From the NCBI GenBank assembly GCA_965248925.1, contig CBDFLE010000005.1, positions 2,016,001 to 2,080,000 of the forward strand: a stretch of 64,000 nucleotides of DNA, in the 5' to 3' direction. Under the pieces are notes generated by a model, which saw nothing but the letters and a program-made list of their open reading frames with translations, was not told where the DNA came from and did not search any database. Position numbers and translations under genes: made by a program. This DNA is from Candidatus Multivoradales bacterium. GTDB taxonomy: Bacteria; Acidobacteriota; Thermoanaerobaculia; Multivoradales; J023. Positions 38,701 to 53,678 of the stretch are shown here, piece by piece. The stretch's first letter is position 1; the number at the start of each line of letters is the position of its first letter.

Positions 38701-38836
38701 GACCTGCGACGGCACCACGACCACGCCGGTCGACATCGAACTCGGCATGGTCAATATCGATGTCGGCGTTGCACCGGTCAAGCCGGCGGAATTCGTCGTC
38801 CTCAGAATGCAACAGATCGCTCAGGCCGCCGCCTGA
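35798..38836 (+). CDS. Contractile tail sheath protein with a ~500-aa Ala-rich insertion
   Basis: YPGVYVQE, YFLNGG..AWIVR, YYPRL, PSGTLAGIYSRTD..RGVWKAPAG, WGARTL, KYISVRR, WAVFEPN and GVAPVKPAEFVV. Confidence 0.95.
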   Translation: MPIRVSYPGVYVQEIPGGQPVTAGVSTASTAFIDFFSRGPMEKAKQVFSMAEVNRSFGGLHLRSEASYGLKQYFLNGGQEAWIVRATDGTAIKALLDVKVNTPGLDVRFQWATDSADAADKAQQAAKRAAEKAKDALTALAAAVNDQQRTQGGGDLRSATTESADETYKATAATRAAAEQAKASSDELAIAIAALAAASGPVADRTAQAAEHTAQAAAASSDAAKTTPAVIAAAQKAVEVAKKGLSAGQSSRTAQTAAKTLADLQTAVDAAKAAIATVTAEETAVTDAGDNLVASKGAAYNAAVAAEDAVAQADTAAREALSVAKTVYEHHKAAGNDDDAKAAKEDVDAASDSEQITTLATAANAAAEAQLDSQTIMETADATAAATKAKGAADQAKSVIDKVETIAAKGLTSVLTMASEAADTSATLAVKEGDGTVGEAVKAANKEILKANAAAKAALVACKLTSDDAKVAASCVGSAKVNLDARGAIAGAEKAAADTIETLKAAKVITAQLNKALILALDSTKPAVESAAAATAAGGNADLSINEKIKAAAAAAQAALNAANNCVAAAEAVEKAATEVSRVALQATTAADLAARAAKVAVAANKEASQPPTLRIAAANEGIWGDNIQVEIKVDGANFSLVVTEYLTERGVTRQVGQENYSSLNLEKGENTYAIPVVNDQSDLVSLDYIGLMVSGAYPADIDGEFLNGGDDGGHADATQLTGADGAMSALEDIQPYIFNLLSLPSVANMPAAEASVATANAQVYCGEKRAFYIVDIPEIVDDTDKMLEWVNSYGNAQAYYMAVYYPRLVIPDPLQDFRERNVGPSGTLAGIYSRTDTARGVWKAPAGINAVLQGAQVSSKVTDIQNGLLNPRGVNVLRTFPIYGNISWGARTLAGADALSSEWKYISVRRLVNYIEESLFQSLKWAVFEPNNDVLWAKIRSQIATFLSSLFSQGAFQGAGEGSAYFVTCDGTTTTPVDIELGMVNIDVGVAPVKPAEFVVLRMQQIAQAAA

Positions 38837-38870
38837 TCTCGGATCCAAGAAAACCAAGGAGGTTTTATCA

Positions 38871-39455
38871 ATGGGTACTCCCAAGAACCTACGTTCGACC
38901 ATCATGGATCCGCTGCTGAACTTCAAGTTCATTGTCAGCTGGGGCGAGGCCGGTTCGGCGAAATACGAAGTAGTCGCCGGGGTGAGCAAGTTCGGCCCGC
39001 TGTCGCGCAACACGGAAGTTGCCGAATACCGCGAAGGTGCCGATCCCTTTGTCACTCGTAAGATCCCAGGGCAGGTGAAATACGACGACATCAACCTCGA
39101 GCGCGGCATTATTCTCGATGTCGCCTTCGAGCAGTGGGCCAATAAGGTTTGGTACTACGAGCAGTCCGACGCCCTGGCCTCCAACCAGGTGTCGCTGATC
39201 GACTTCCGCAAGGACGTGCAGATTCAGCTCTGCAACCAGGCCGGCCAGATCGTCAACCAATACCTGATCTTCAATTGTTGGCCCACCAAATACCAGGCGG
39301 CGCCCGATCTCGACGCTTCGGCTGGCAACACGGTGGCGCTCGAAACCTTGACCTTGGCCAACGAAGGCTGGGTCCGTGACGACACCTACAAGGCCGTCAA
39401 GTATCCGACCTACGCCTTGCCGGATTCGCCAACAGGTGGCTTGCCACCCTCCTGA
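38871..39455 (+). CDS. Tail tube protein (T4 gp19 / Afp1-5-like)
   Basis: AAGGAGG RBS; DPLLNFKF, EYREG, KIPG..Y..I.LERG, CWPTKY and VALETLTL..EG. Confidence 0.93.
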   Translation: MGTPKNLRSTIMDPLLNFKFIVSWGEAGSAKYEVVAGVSKFGPLSRNTEVAEYREGADPFVTRKIPGQVKYDDINLERGIILDVAFEQWANKVWYYEQSDALASNQVSLIDFRKDVQIQLCNQAGQIVNQYLIFNCWPTKYQAAPDLDASAGNTVALETLTLANEGWVRDDTYKAVKYPTYALPDSPTGGLPPS

Positions 39456-39460
39456 TCCAT

Positions 39461-40207
39461 ATGCACGCCCTCACCGCCCAAGAAGCGCTGGCGGCTTGGG
39501 AAAGAGGCCAGCGACTCGACCCTCTGGGCCGATCGCTGGCCTTTCTTTCGGTCGCCCTGCCGGCCGTCGAGCGCCTACGCATTCTGCAGCTGCCGGTAGG
39601 GCAGCGCGACGCTCTGCTACTGCGCTTGCGTTTCCGCACTTTTGGGCCGGGTCTGCGAGGTTCGGTCAACTGTCCATCCTGCAACGTACCGCTGGAGTTC
39701 GCAGTCGATCTGCGTAGCTACGACGCGATCGGCCACCTACAACGAGAGATCGGCGCCCGCGAGCTGGTCGTCGAGCCCTACCGAGTGGTCTTCCGCCTAC
39801 CCAACAGTGAGGACTTTTCCGCCATCGCCGAGGGCTGCGTCGACGCCGAGAGTGGCCGCGAAGTCCTGCTCGACCGCTGCCTGCTGCACGCCTTCGAAGG
39901 CAATCAGGAAATCGCGCCGCAGCAGCTCCCCGCCGAAGTTTTGGCTCAGGTCGCCGCTGAAATGGAGAGTCTCGATCCTCTCGCCGAGCTACCGTTGGCG
40001 ATCGATTGCGGCCGTTGCGATCACTCCTCCCTGGTGCTCTTCGACATCGGCCAGTTTCTTTGGCATGACATAGCCGCCTCCGCCAGAAGCCTGCTCGAAG
40101 AAGTCCACGCCTTGGCCACCGCCTACGGCTGGGGCGAAGAGCAGATTCTCAACCTGAGCGGGGCGCGCCGCCGCTTTTACATCGAAAAGATCCCAGCCGG
40201 GAGCTGA
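39461..40207 (+). CDS. eCIS baseplate-hub / tail-assembly-chaperone-like protein with two CxxC motifs
   Basis: LPVGQRD..LL.LR..TFG, CPSC, CGRC and C-terminal EVHALATAYGW.E.QILNL..RR.FY. Confidence 0.75.
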   Translation: MHALTAQEALAAWERGQRLDPLGRSLAFLSVALPAVERLRILQLPVGQRDALLLRLRFRTFGPGLRGSVNCPSCNVPLEFAVDLRSYDAIGHLQREIGARELVVEPYRVVFRLPNSEDFSAIAEGCVDAESGREVLLDRCLLHAFEGNQEIAPQQLPAEVLAQVAAEMESLDPLAELPLAIDCGRCDHSSLVLFDIGQFLWHDIAASARSLLEEVHALATAYGWGEEQILNLSGARRRFYIEKIPAGS

Positions 40208-40212
40208 AAGCA

Positions 40213-46625
<6,413 letters not shown>

Positions 46626-46629
<4 letters not shown>

Positions 46630-47921
46630 GCGACTATCGAGCCATCGCGGCTACCACCGTCACGCTGCAAAACATGCTTACCGAAGCGATTCGCGAGGTG
46701 GTGCCCGGAGCCGCTGTCGCCACCGGCACACCGCCCGCGAAGACCGGTCATGAACTCACCGAGGGGCTGATCAATATCTTCCTCTACAAGGTCGAACCCA
46801 ACCCGACTTGGCGCAACGAGGAATTGCCGGTACGCGCCGCCGACGGCAGCTGGATCCGCCGGCCGCAACTGGCGATCAACTTGTTCTTCTTGTTGTCGTT
46901 CTATGGCGATGACGTGAAGCAGATCCCTTCCCTGTTACTCGGTACAACTCTGGCGACCCTGCATGCAGAACCCTATCCCCACCGGCGGCATTTCCCCCAA
47001 GCACGCCCAGACGGTCCAGGGCACAGCAGCTTTATCGACGGCAGTCCCAACCTGGCGGGCTCTGGGCTGCTCAACCAACGCCACGGCCTGTCGTTTTCCT
47101 TGCTGTCCTCCGAGCAAGACGAAGTCATCCAGACCTGGACGCAGCTGCTGCACCAGTCCTACACCCTGTCGGTAGCCTATGTCGCTCGGGTGGTGTTGAT
47201 CGAGCCGGCGGTGGTGCCAGCCGCGGCGTTGCCGGCGCGCCGCACCGATGTTCGCTTTAGCAGCACGCGACAACCGCGCCTAGAGAGCCTGGCTCCAGCC
47301 ATCTTGCCTTTCGCCCCCGCCGCCGAACTGCGGCTGCGCGGCCAAGGACTGACCGCCGAGCATGTGCGAGTCGCTTTCGGCGGCATCGAAGTCGAACCCC
47401 TGATGCGCTCAGCGACCGAGCTGCGAGTGCTGCTCCCAGACCAGCTGCAAGCCGGCGCGCAACCGGTCAACGTGGTCCACGGCGAACAACGGGACGATGG
47501 CCCGCTGCGTTGGAGCATCGCCTCCAATCAACTTTCGGTGGTCATCCAACCAGTGCTGCTGGGGGCCGCTTGGCGAGCCCAGACTTCCGACCCGGCCCCC
47601 ACCACCACCACGGGCTCCACCAGGACTAGCGGCACCATCGAAGTGCAGATGGCGCCGCCAGCCACCGCCCCGACTGATGTCGAGCTACTGCTCAACGCCA
47701 CCCCACCCTCCAACCGCGCGGCAGCACCGCCGGGCTATGTTTTCGCAGCCACGGTCGACCCGTCCCGCCCCGATCGAGTCGACTTCGTGGTGACCGCACC
47801 CCCGGGCCGCTATCTGGCGCGTATCAGGGTGCTCGGCGCAGACAGCCCTTTGACCGTCGACAAAGATCCGTCAAGTCCGAATTACCAACGCTTTGTGGGC
47901 CCCATCGTGGAAATCGGCTGA
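46626..47921 (+). CDS. DUF4255 / Pvc16 (Afp16-like cap) with C-terminal Ig/IPT-like domains
   Basis: MSDYRAIAATT..L, INIFLYKV.PN..WRN, LSVAY..RVVLIE, then PRLESLAP..LRLRGQGL. Confidence 0.85.
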
Positions 47922-49900
47922 TGGCGGACCTATTCACCAGCATCTTGACCGAGGTTCGCTCGGCGCTTCAGCGACACGCCGAGAACGCGCCCTCGGAGAG
48001 CACCGAAACAGCTGCCGCAGACACCGCCGCAAACACAACTCCGGCACCAGCCACAAGCGCCGACGACAGTCAAGTTTCGAGGTTGCGGCAGCTCAGCCAG
48101 CTGTTCGAACTATCTGACTTCGAAGTGCGTGTGCTGGTGCTCTGTGCCGGCCTCGAGCTGGACTCCTCTTTCGCACCACTCTGCGCCAAGGCACAGGTCG
48201 ACCCTAAACGCGCCTACCCTACTTTCGGCCTCGCCATGGCGACTCTGCCGGGAGCGCAATGGCAAGCTCTGCTGCCACAAGCACCGCTGCGCGCCTGGCA
48301 GCTGTTGCGACCCGCCACCGGCGAACCCCTGACCGCCGCCGAGCTGCGTATCGACGAACAGATCCTGCACTACCTTATGGGTTTCGACAGCCAGCCCAAG
48401 GCCCTGGCGCCGCTGATCGAACCGGTGCTAGAGGATCAGCTCGACCTGGTGGCATCGCACCGGCGGCAGGCTGATTTGATCATCTCCACCTGGCGCCAGA
48501 CCCGGGGCAGTAGCGAGTTTCCGGTGGTCGAGCTGCGGGGCGACAACCACGCCGCCAAACGGCCGATTGCCGCCTTGGCCTGCCAACAACTCGACCTGCG
48601 CCTGCAGGCCATCGCCGCCGAATCTCTACCCACTCAGCCCGAGGAACTTGAATCCCTGCTCCGCCTGTGGCACCGCGAAGCACTGCTCGATGGCGCAGCT
48701 CTGCTGGTCGAAGCCGACCAGCTACGACCCGACGATGCCCGCGAGCCGGTGCTGCGCAGCTTTCTCGACCGCAGCCGCACCGCCATGCTGGTTACCCGCC
48801 GCGGTCGCCTGGCCCTCCGCCACCGAGCACTACTCAGCCTTCCAGTCGAGAAGCCCCAACGGCAGGAACAACGCAGCCTTTGGCAGCGCCTGGGAGAAGC
48901 CCGTGGGATCTCACTCGACCCTCAGCAGCGCGTCGCCTTGGCCGATCAATTTCACCTCGGTGCGAAGGAGATTCGCAGCATCTGGGTCGAGGCCCTCGGC
49001 CGGCTACCGAGCGACGGCGAGACTATCGATCAACAGCAGCTGGTGGCAGCGCTGTGGCAAACATGCCGCCAACAGGCACGGCCGGCCCTGGAGGATCTCG
49101 CCGAACATGTAGAACCCAAGGCTACTTGGGACGAGCTGGTGCTGCCCGAGCCGCAGCTCCAGACCCTGCGCCAGATCTCCATTCACTTGCGCCAACGAAG
49201 CACCGTGCACGACAGTTGGGGCTTCTCCAGCAAGAGTTCGCGTGGCCTCGGAATTCATGCTCTGTTCAGCGGCTCCAGCGGCACCGGCAAAACGATGGCC
49301 GCCGAAGTGCTGGCTGGCGACCTCGGCCTCGATCTGTTCCGCATCGACCTGTCGTCGGTGATCAGCAAATACATTGGCGAAACCGAAAAGAACCTCGAGC
49401 GGGTCTTCACCGCCGCCGAAGCCGGCGGTAGCATCTTGCTGTTCGACGAAGCCGACGCCCTCTTCGGTCGCCGCGGCGAGGTCAGCGACAGCCACGACCG
49501 CTATGCCAACATCGAAGTCAGCTACCTGCTGCAACGCATCGAGACCTATCGCGGACTGGCCATCTTGACCACCAACTTGCGCGGCTCCCTGGACAGCGCT
49601 TTTCAGCGGCGGCTCGAATTCATCGTCGAATTCCCCTTTCCGACCCCAGTCGAGCGGGCGGCTATCTGGGCTAGGGTATTCCCCGCCAAAACGCCGACAG
49701 ACAACCTGCATCTTGATCGCCTGGCGCGACTCAACTTGAGCGGAGGCCATATCCGAAATATTGCCCTGAATGGCGCTTTTCTGGCCGCCAAAGACTGCGC
49801 TCCTGTTAACATGAAGCATCTGCTGATTGCCACCCGTCGGGAACTGGCCAAATTGAACCGGCCGCTGCCTGAGACCGAAGTCCAGGATTGGTTGACATGA
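47921..49900 (+). CDS. eCIS AAA+ ATPase (Afp15-like)
   Basis: GSSGTGKT, IDLSSVISKYIGETEKNL, FDEADALFG.R and DRYANIEVSYLLQRIE. Confidence 0.95.
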   Translation: MADLFTSILTEVRSALQRHAENAPSESTETAAADTAANTTPAPATSADDSQVSRLRQLSQLFELSDFEVRVLVLCAGLELDSSFAPLCAKAQVDPKRAYPTFGLAMATLPGAQWQALLPQAPLRAWQLLRPATGEPLTAAELRIDEQILHYLMGFDSQPKALAPLIEPVLEDQLDLVASHRRQADLIISTWRQTRGSSEFPVVELRGDNHAAKRPIAALACQQLDLRLQAIAAESLPTQPEELESLLRLWHREALLDGAALLVEADQLRPDDAREPVLRSFLDRSRTAMLVTRRGRLALRHRALLSLPVEKPQRQEQRSLWQRLGEARGISLDPQQRVALADQFHLGAKEIRSIWVEALGRLPSDGETIDQQQLVAALWQTCRQQARPALEDLAEHVEPKATWDELVLPEPQLQTLRQISIHLRQRSTVHDSWGFSSKSSRGLGIHALFSGSSGTGKTMAAEVLAGDLGLDLFRIDLSSVISKYIGETEKNLERVFTAAEAGGSILLFDEADALFGRRGEVSDSHDRYANIEVSYLLQRIETYRGLAILTTNLRGSLDSAFQRRLEFIVEFPFPTPVERAAIWARVFPAKTPTDNLHLDRLARLNLSGGHIRNIALNGAFLAAKDCAPVNMKHLLIATRRELAKLNRPLPETEVQDWLT

Positions 49901-50223
49901 AAATCGATCTAGAAATCGACCACTTGCGCCTTCCGACCGCCGCCGGCTTGCGCGGCGAGGATCTGGCCACCGCTATCGAGAGCGAGCTCGACCGGCTGAG
50001 CGAAATCTACGGTTTGCCCGCTTATGGTAGCAATGCAGGCGGGGTCGATATTGACCTGGCGTCGTTCCCGATCAACCCTCACGCTTCCATCGACCAACTC
50101 GGCGCCTCGATCGCCCGCTCGCTGATGCAGGGTTTGCATCAGAAGAGCGGCCGGGTTCCGCGAGAACTCGACAGAGGCCCTGACGCGCCCCACGATACTT
50201 CCTCCAACGAGGTAGTGCGATGA
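49897..50223 (+). CDS. Small eCIS-associated protein
   Basis: ATGA overlaps at both ends; IDLEIDHLRL..IESELDRL pattern. Confidence 0.7.
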   Translation: MKIDLEIDHLRLPTAAGLRGEDLATAIESELDRLSEIYGLPAYGSNAGGVDIDLASFPINPHASIDQLGASIARSLMQGLHQKSGRVPRELDRGPDAPHDTSSNEVVR

Positions 50224-50918
50224 GCGCCAGCGGCACCTCCACTTATCCGCCGGTGTTGCCGAAGGTCGCCCAGCGGCCGACTCCCTACAATCTGCAAAAA
50301 CGTTTCAAAGGAGCGCTGGTTTCGGTCACCAAGACCGGTAAGAAAACCACTGTACCTTTCCAATACAACCCGGCCAAACTCGACCGCACTTTGACCCCGC
50401 GAATGTACGACGGCCCCGAGGGCCAAGCCCAATTCGTGGGCGGCGCCAGTCAATCGATCTCCGTCACCGTCGAGCTGCAAGCGGTTGACACTATGGTGGC
50501 GCAGTCAAAGAAGAACAAGCTAGCCAACGCGGCCAAGGGGCTCTACGCCCACCTTGCTGCCCTCGAACTACTGCTCTACCCGGCGACCAAGGATATCGAA
50601 ACCTATCGCAACGACTTGGACAACAACGTCAAGGGCGCGGTACCGCCGCAAGCGCGACCGACACTGTTTGTTTGGGGTCCCCAGCGAGTCCTGCCGGTGA
50701 ACCTGAAGTCGATGGTGGTCAAGGAAATCCTCTTTAACATCGCGCTAAGCCCGGTGCGCGCCGAGGTCACTCTAACCATGAATGTCGAGAACGTGATCGA
50801 CACCGAGGGCGATTCCTACCAATTGCTGTTGGCCCATCTCAAGAACATGGAACAAATGCGCCAAACCCAGGGGGCCGAGGTCTTCGGTAGCAACAAGATC
50901 ACCGGAGCCCAGTACTGA
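50220..50918 (+). CDS. CIS tube-like / tube-initiator protein (Afp7 N-domain-like)
   Basis: FQYNP..L.RTL, LAALELLLYP, LFVWG..RVLPV and P.RAEV.L. Confidence 0.82.
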   Translation: MSASGTSTYPPVLPKVAQRPTPYNLQKRFKGALVSVTKTGKKTTVPFQYNPAKLDRTLTPRMYDGPEGQAQFVGGASQSISVTVELQAVDTMVAQSKKNKLANAAKGLYAHLAALELLLYPATKDIETYRNDLDNNVKGAVPPQARPTLFVWGPQRVLPVNLKSMVVKEILFNIALSPVRAEVTLTMNVENVIDTEGDSYQLLLAHLKNMEQMRQTQGAEVFGSNKITGAQY

Positions 50919-50936
50919 GTCTAAGAGCCAATAAAG

Positions 50937-51212
50937 ATGATCAAGAAATCTAGTCGCTACCACGGCTTCGACCACCATCGGCATCTAACTCCCGGTGGTC
51001 ATGAGATCCTCTATCTCGAACGTCGCTTCATTCCGCGATTGCAGACCTCCGGCAAGACCACCAACGCTCAAAGCGAACGCCTCGACCTGATCGCCGATAG
51101 AACCTTGGGCAATCCGCAGCTCTACTGGCGCCTCTGCGACGCCAACGAGGAGACCAATCCGTTCGTGCTCTCCGAACGATCCGGGCGCACCCTCAAGCTA
51201 CCCAACCTATGA
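50937..51212 (+). CDS. LysM-like small baseplate protein
   Basis: SRY, YLERRFIP and RLDLIA..LGNP.LYWRLCDAN. Confidence 0.82.
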   Translation: MIKKSSRYHGFDHHRHLTPGGHEILYLERRFIPRLQTSGKTTNAQSERLDLIADRTLGNPQLYWRLCDANEETNPFVLSERSGRTLKLPNL

Positions 51213-51225
51213 GCGGCAACCCTCC

Positions 51226-52416
51226 GTGAAGCTAAACCTCAAGGTCGGTCCCGACTCTCCGCAAGGCGCTTCTGAAGAAATGATGGCGGCGCTCAGCGCG
51301 GTCGAGGTGACCCGCGCCACCGCTGGACCGTCGGGCTTTCAACTCAGCTTCGCCACCAGCCGCTACGATCTCGACGACCCGTCCTCGGTCGAGGAGTGGC
51401 CGCTGCTCAGCGATCAGAACCTGCAACCCTGGAGCCGGGTGCAGCTGGAGGTCGACGATGGCGACTCGAAGATCGTGTTGATGGACGGTTTCATCACCCG
51501 TCAGGAAATCAATCTTGACCACAAGAGCGGCTCCAAGATAGTGGTCACCGGCGAGGATGTCAGCCTGAAGATGGATCTATTCGAGGTCTCCGCCGAGTAT
51601 GAGCAGAAGAAAACCTCCGAGATCGTCACCGCCATCCTCGGCAAGTATAGCTCGGCGGGAATCACCCAGAAGGACGTCCAGGCGCCGCAGAATGAAGTCG
51701 CCCCGACCGGCTACGTACCACAGCAGAACTGCACGGATCGCTTCTACGTCCAGCAGCTTGCCGCTCGCCACGGCTTTGAATTCTACGTCGTGCCCGGCAG
51801 CTCGGCGGGCAGCAACAATGCCTATTGGGGACCGCCGGTGACCGACGGTTCGGCGCAGGCCACCTTGATCGCCAATAAAGGACCGAAAGACACCGTGCTG
51901 TCGATGAGCCTGAGCTGCGACGCTCTGGCGCCGACTTTGGCGTATGGCCAGGTGCTGGATCTGACCAAGAACCCGGCCGAGGCAGGCGACATCGCAATTG
52001 GCAGCGCGACGAAGAAACCCGACCTCTCAAGCGGCGGCGCGATCCCTTCAACCCCCAGTCCAGGCGGCCTGGCGGCGACCCCGACAACCTACAGCCAGAA
52101 CCTCGACAAACTCGCCGTGCGCGGTCGGTTGGTGCACTACCCAGGCTTCCCCTTGGCCGAGGCGACCCAATTTGCCCAGGGCAAGACCAACCGTTCGGTC
52201 ACCGACATGGTGACCATCGAGGGAGAACTCGACAGCGACGTCCTGGGCACAGTGCTCAGCGCGCCAGGAGTGGTCGAAGTCGAGGGTTTGGGGGCGATGT
52301 ACTCCGGCGACTACTACATCAAAGAAGTTACTCATAACTTCCGCTTTGAAATCGAAACCTGGTACTACCGCCAGAAGTTTGTCCTGACCCGCGGCGGTCT
52401 GGGACTAAAAAGTTAG
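51226..52416 (+). CDS. Baseplate hub (phage late control D / gp27-like; Afp8 N-part)
   Basis: SGFQLSF, LMDGFIT, VTGED.S..MD, LA.RHG..FYV.PG and YSGDYYI..VTH. Confidence 0.82.
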   Translation: MKLNLKVGPDSPQGASEEMMAALSAVEVTRATAGPSGFQLSFATSRYDLDDPSSVEEWPLLSDQNLQPWSRVQLEVDDGDSKIVLMDGFITRQEINLDHKSGSKIVVTGEDVSLKMDLFEVSAEYEQKKTSEIVTAILGKYSSAGITQKDVQAPQNEVAPTGYVPQQNCTDRFYVQQLAARHGFEFYVVPGSSAGSNNAYWGPPVTDGSAQATLIANKGPKDTVLSMSLSCDALAPTLAYGQVLDLTKNPAEAGDIAIGSATKKPDLSSGGAIPSTPSPGGLAATPTTYSQNLDKLAVRGRLVHYPGFPLAEATQFAQGKTNRSVTDMVTIEGELDSDVLGTVLSAPGVVEVEGLGAMYSGDYYIKEVTHNFRFEIETWYYRQKFVLTRGGLGLKS

Positions 52417-52425
52417 GAATCACCA

Positions 52426-53277
52426 ATGGCCGACAACCACCTGGTCGACGTGCTCAACGATCCGCAGTGGCGCCGCGATGGGCGCTATTTCGGCAAATAC
52501 CGCGGCATCGTGCAGGACAATAAGGACCCCGACAAACTCGGCCGCATCTTGGCGACGGTGCCGGCGATTTCCGCCATGGCGAAAAACTGGGCCCTACCCT
52601 GCTCGCCCTACGCCGGCAAGGATGTCGGCCTATACACCATCCCACCGGTCGGCGCCAAAGTATGGATCGAATTCGAAGGCGGTGACCCGACGTTTCCAAT
52701 TTGGAGTGGCTGCTTCTGGCAAAAAGACGAGCCGCCGACCGAGATCGGCACCAACGCCGACGATCCGTCGCAGGTCAAGATTCTCAAGACTCGAGTGGCC
52801 AAAGTATGGATCGACGACACCGATCAGAAAGGGCAGATGGTAGTGCAGTTCAACGACTCCACCGTCGATCAGCCGATCACCGTCACCATGACCATCGACT
52901 CCACCGGCATCAAGGTTGAATGCGCGGGCGAGAACACCAGCACGGTGATCCAAACCCCCGACGACATCTCCACCGACAGCCAAACCCTGGCCACCACCAC
53001 CGCCAAGGACACCACCCTGACCGTGGAGCAGAATCTCAAAGCGACGGTGAGCCAAGACCTCACCATGCAAGCCGATGGCAAAGCCGATCTGAAGGCCACC
53101 GGTAACTTGACTTTGGAGGGGGACCAGGTGGCCGCCACCGCCCAACAAGCGATCGATCTCAAAGGCATGAACGCCACCTTGGAGGCCACCTCGGCGGTAA
53201 CCGCCAAGGGAGCCACCGCCGAGGTCAATGGCAGTGGCACCACCACCATCAAAGGTGGCATGGTTAATATCAACTAG
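52426..53277 (+). CDS. gp5/VgrG-like spike (OB-fold plus beta-helix)
   Basis: YFGKYRG.V.DN.DP..GR, WALPC.PYAG and VWIEFEGGD..PIW.G, with a Thr-rich beta-repeat tail ending IKGGMVNIN. Confidence 0.9.
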   Translation: MADNHLVDVLNDPQWRRDGRYFGKYRGIVQDNKDPDKLGRILATVPAISAMAKNWALPCSPYAGKDVGLYTIPPVGAKVWIEFEGGDPTFPIWSGCFWQKDEPPTEIGTNADDPSQVKILKTRVAKVWIDDTDQKGQMVVQFNDSTVDQPITVTMTIDSTGIKVECAGENTSTVIQTPDDISTDSQTLATTTAKDTTLTVEQNLKATVSQDLTMQADGKADLKATGNLTLEGDQVAATAQQAIDLKGMNATLEATSAVTAKGATAEVNGSGTTTIKGGMVNIN

Positions 53278-53285
53278 CGAGGACG

Positions 53286-53678
53286 ATGGTGAAGAGCAGC
53301 GATCTCGAGGTAGGTTTTCCGTTCCAGCTCGACACCCGTGGCCGGGCCTTCGATCCGGGCTACGAGGATCACGTCAAGCAATTGATCGAGCTGGTGTTGT
53401 TCACCACCCCCGGCGAGCGGGTCAACCGGCCAGATTTTGGCTGCGGTCTGCTGGAGCTGGTGTTCTCCCCGGAAACCGAGCAGGAAACCACCGTCACCCG
53501 GCATTTGGTGCAAGCGTCGCTGCAACGCTGGCTCGCCGAAGTGATCTCGGTGCGGGAAGTTGAAATCGATGTTAACGACACTAGACTCAATATCCGCATT
53601 GCATACCAACTGATCGACTTCGAAAATCAAGAGCAAGTAGCGACCTTCGAGTTTCGGGACCTGCCATGGGAGATCTGA
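53286..53678 (+). CDS. GPW/gp25 baseplate protein (Afp9-like)
   Basis: FPF and IELVLFT.PGERVNRPDFGCGL. Confidence 0.93.
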   Translation: MVKSSDLEVGFPFQLDTRGRAFDPGYEDHVKQLIELVLFTTPGERVNRPDFGCGLLELVFSPETEQETTVTRHLVQASLQRWLAEVISVREVEIDVNDTRLNIRIAYQLIDFENQEQVATFEFRDLPWEI

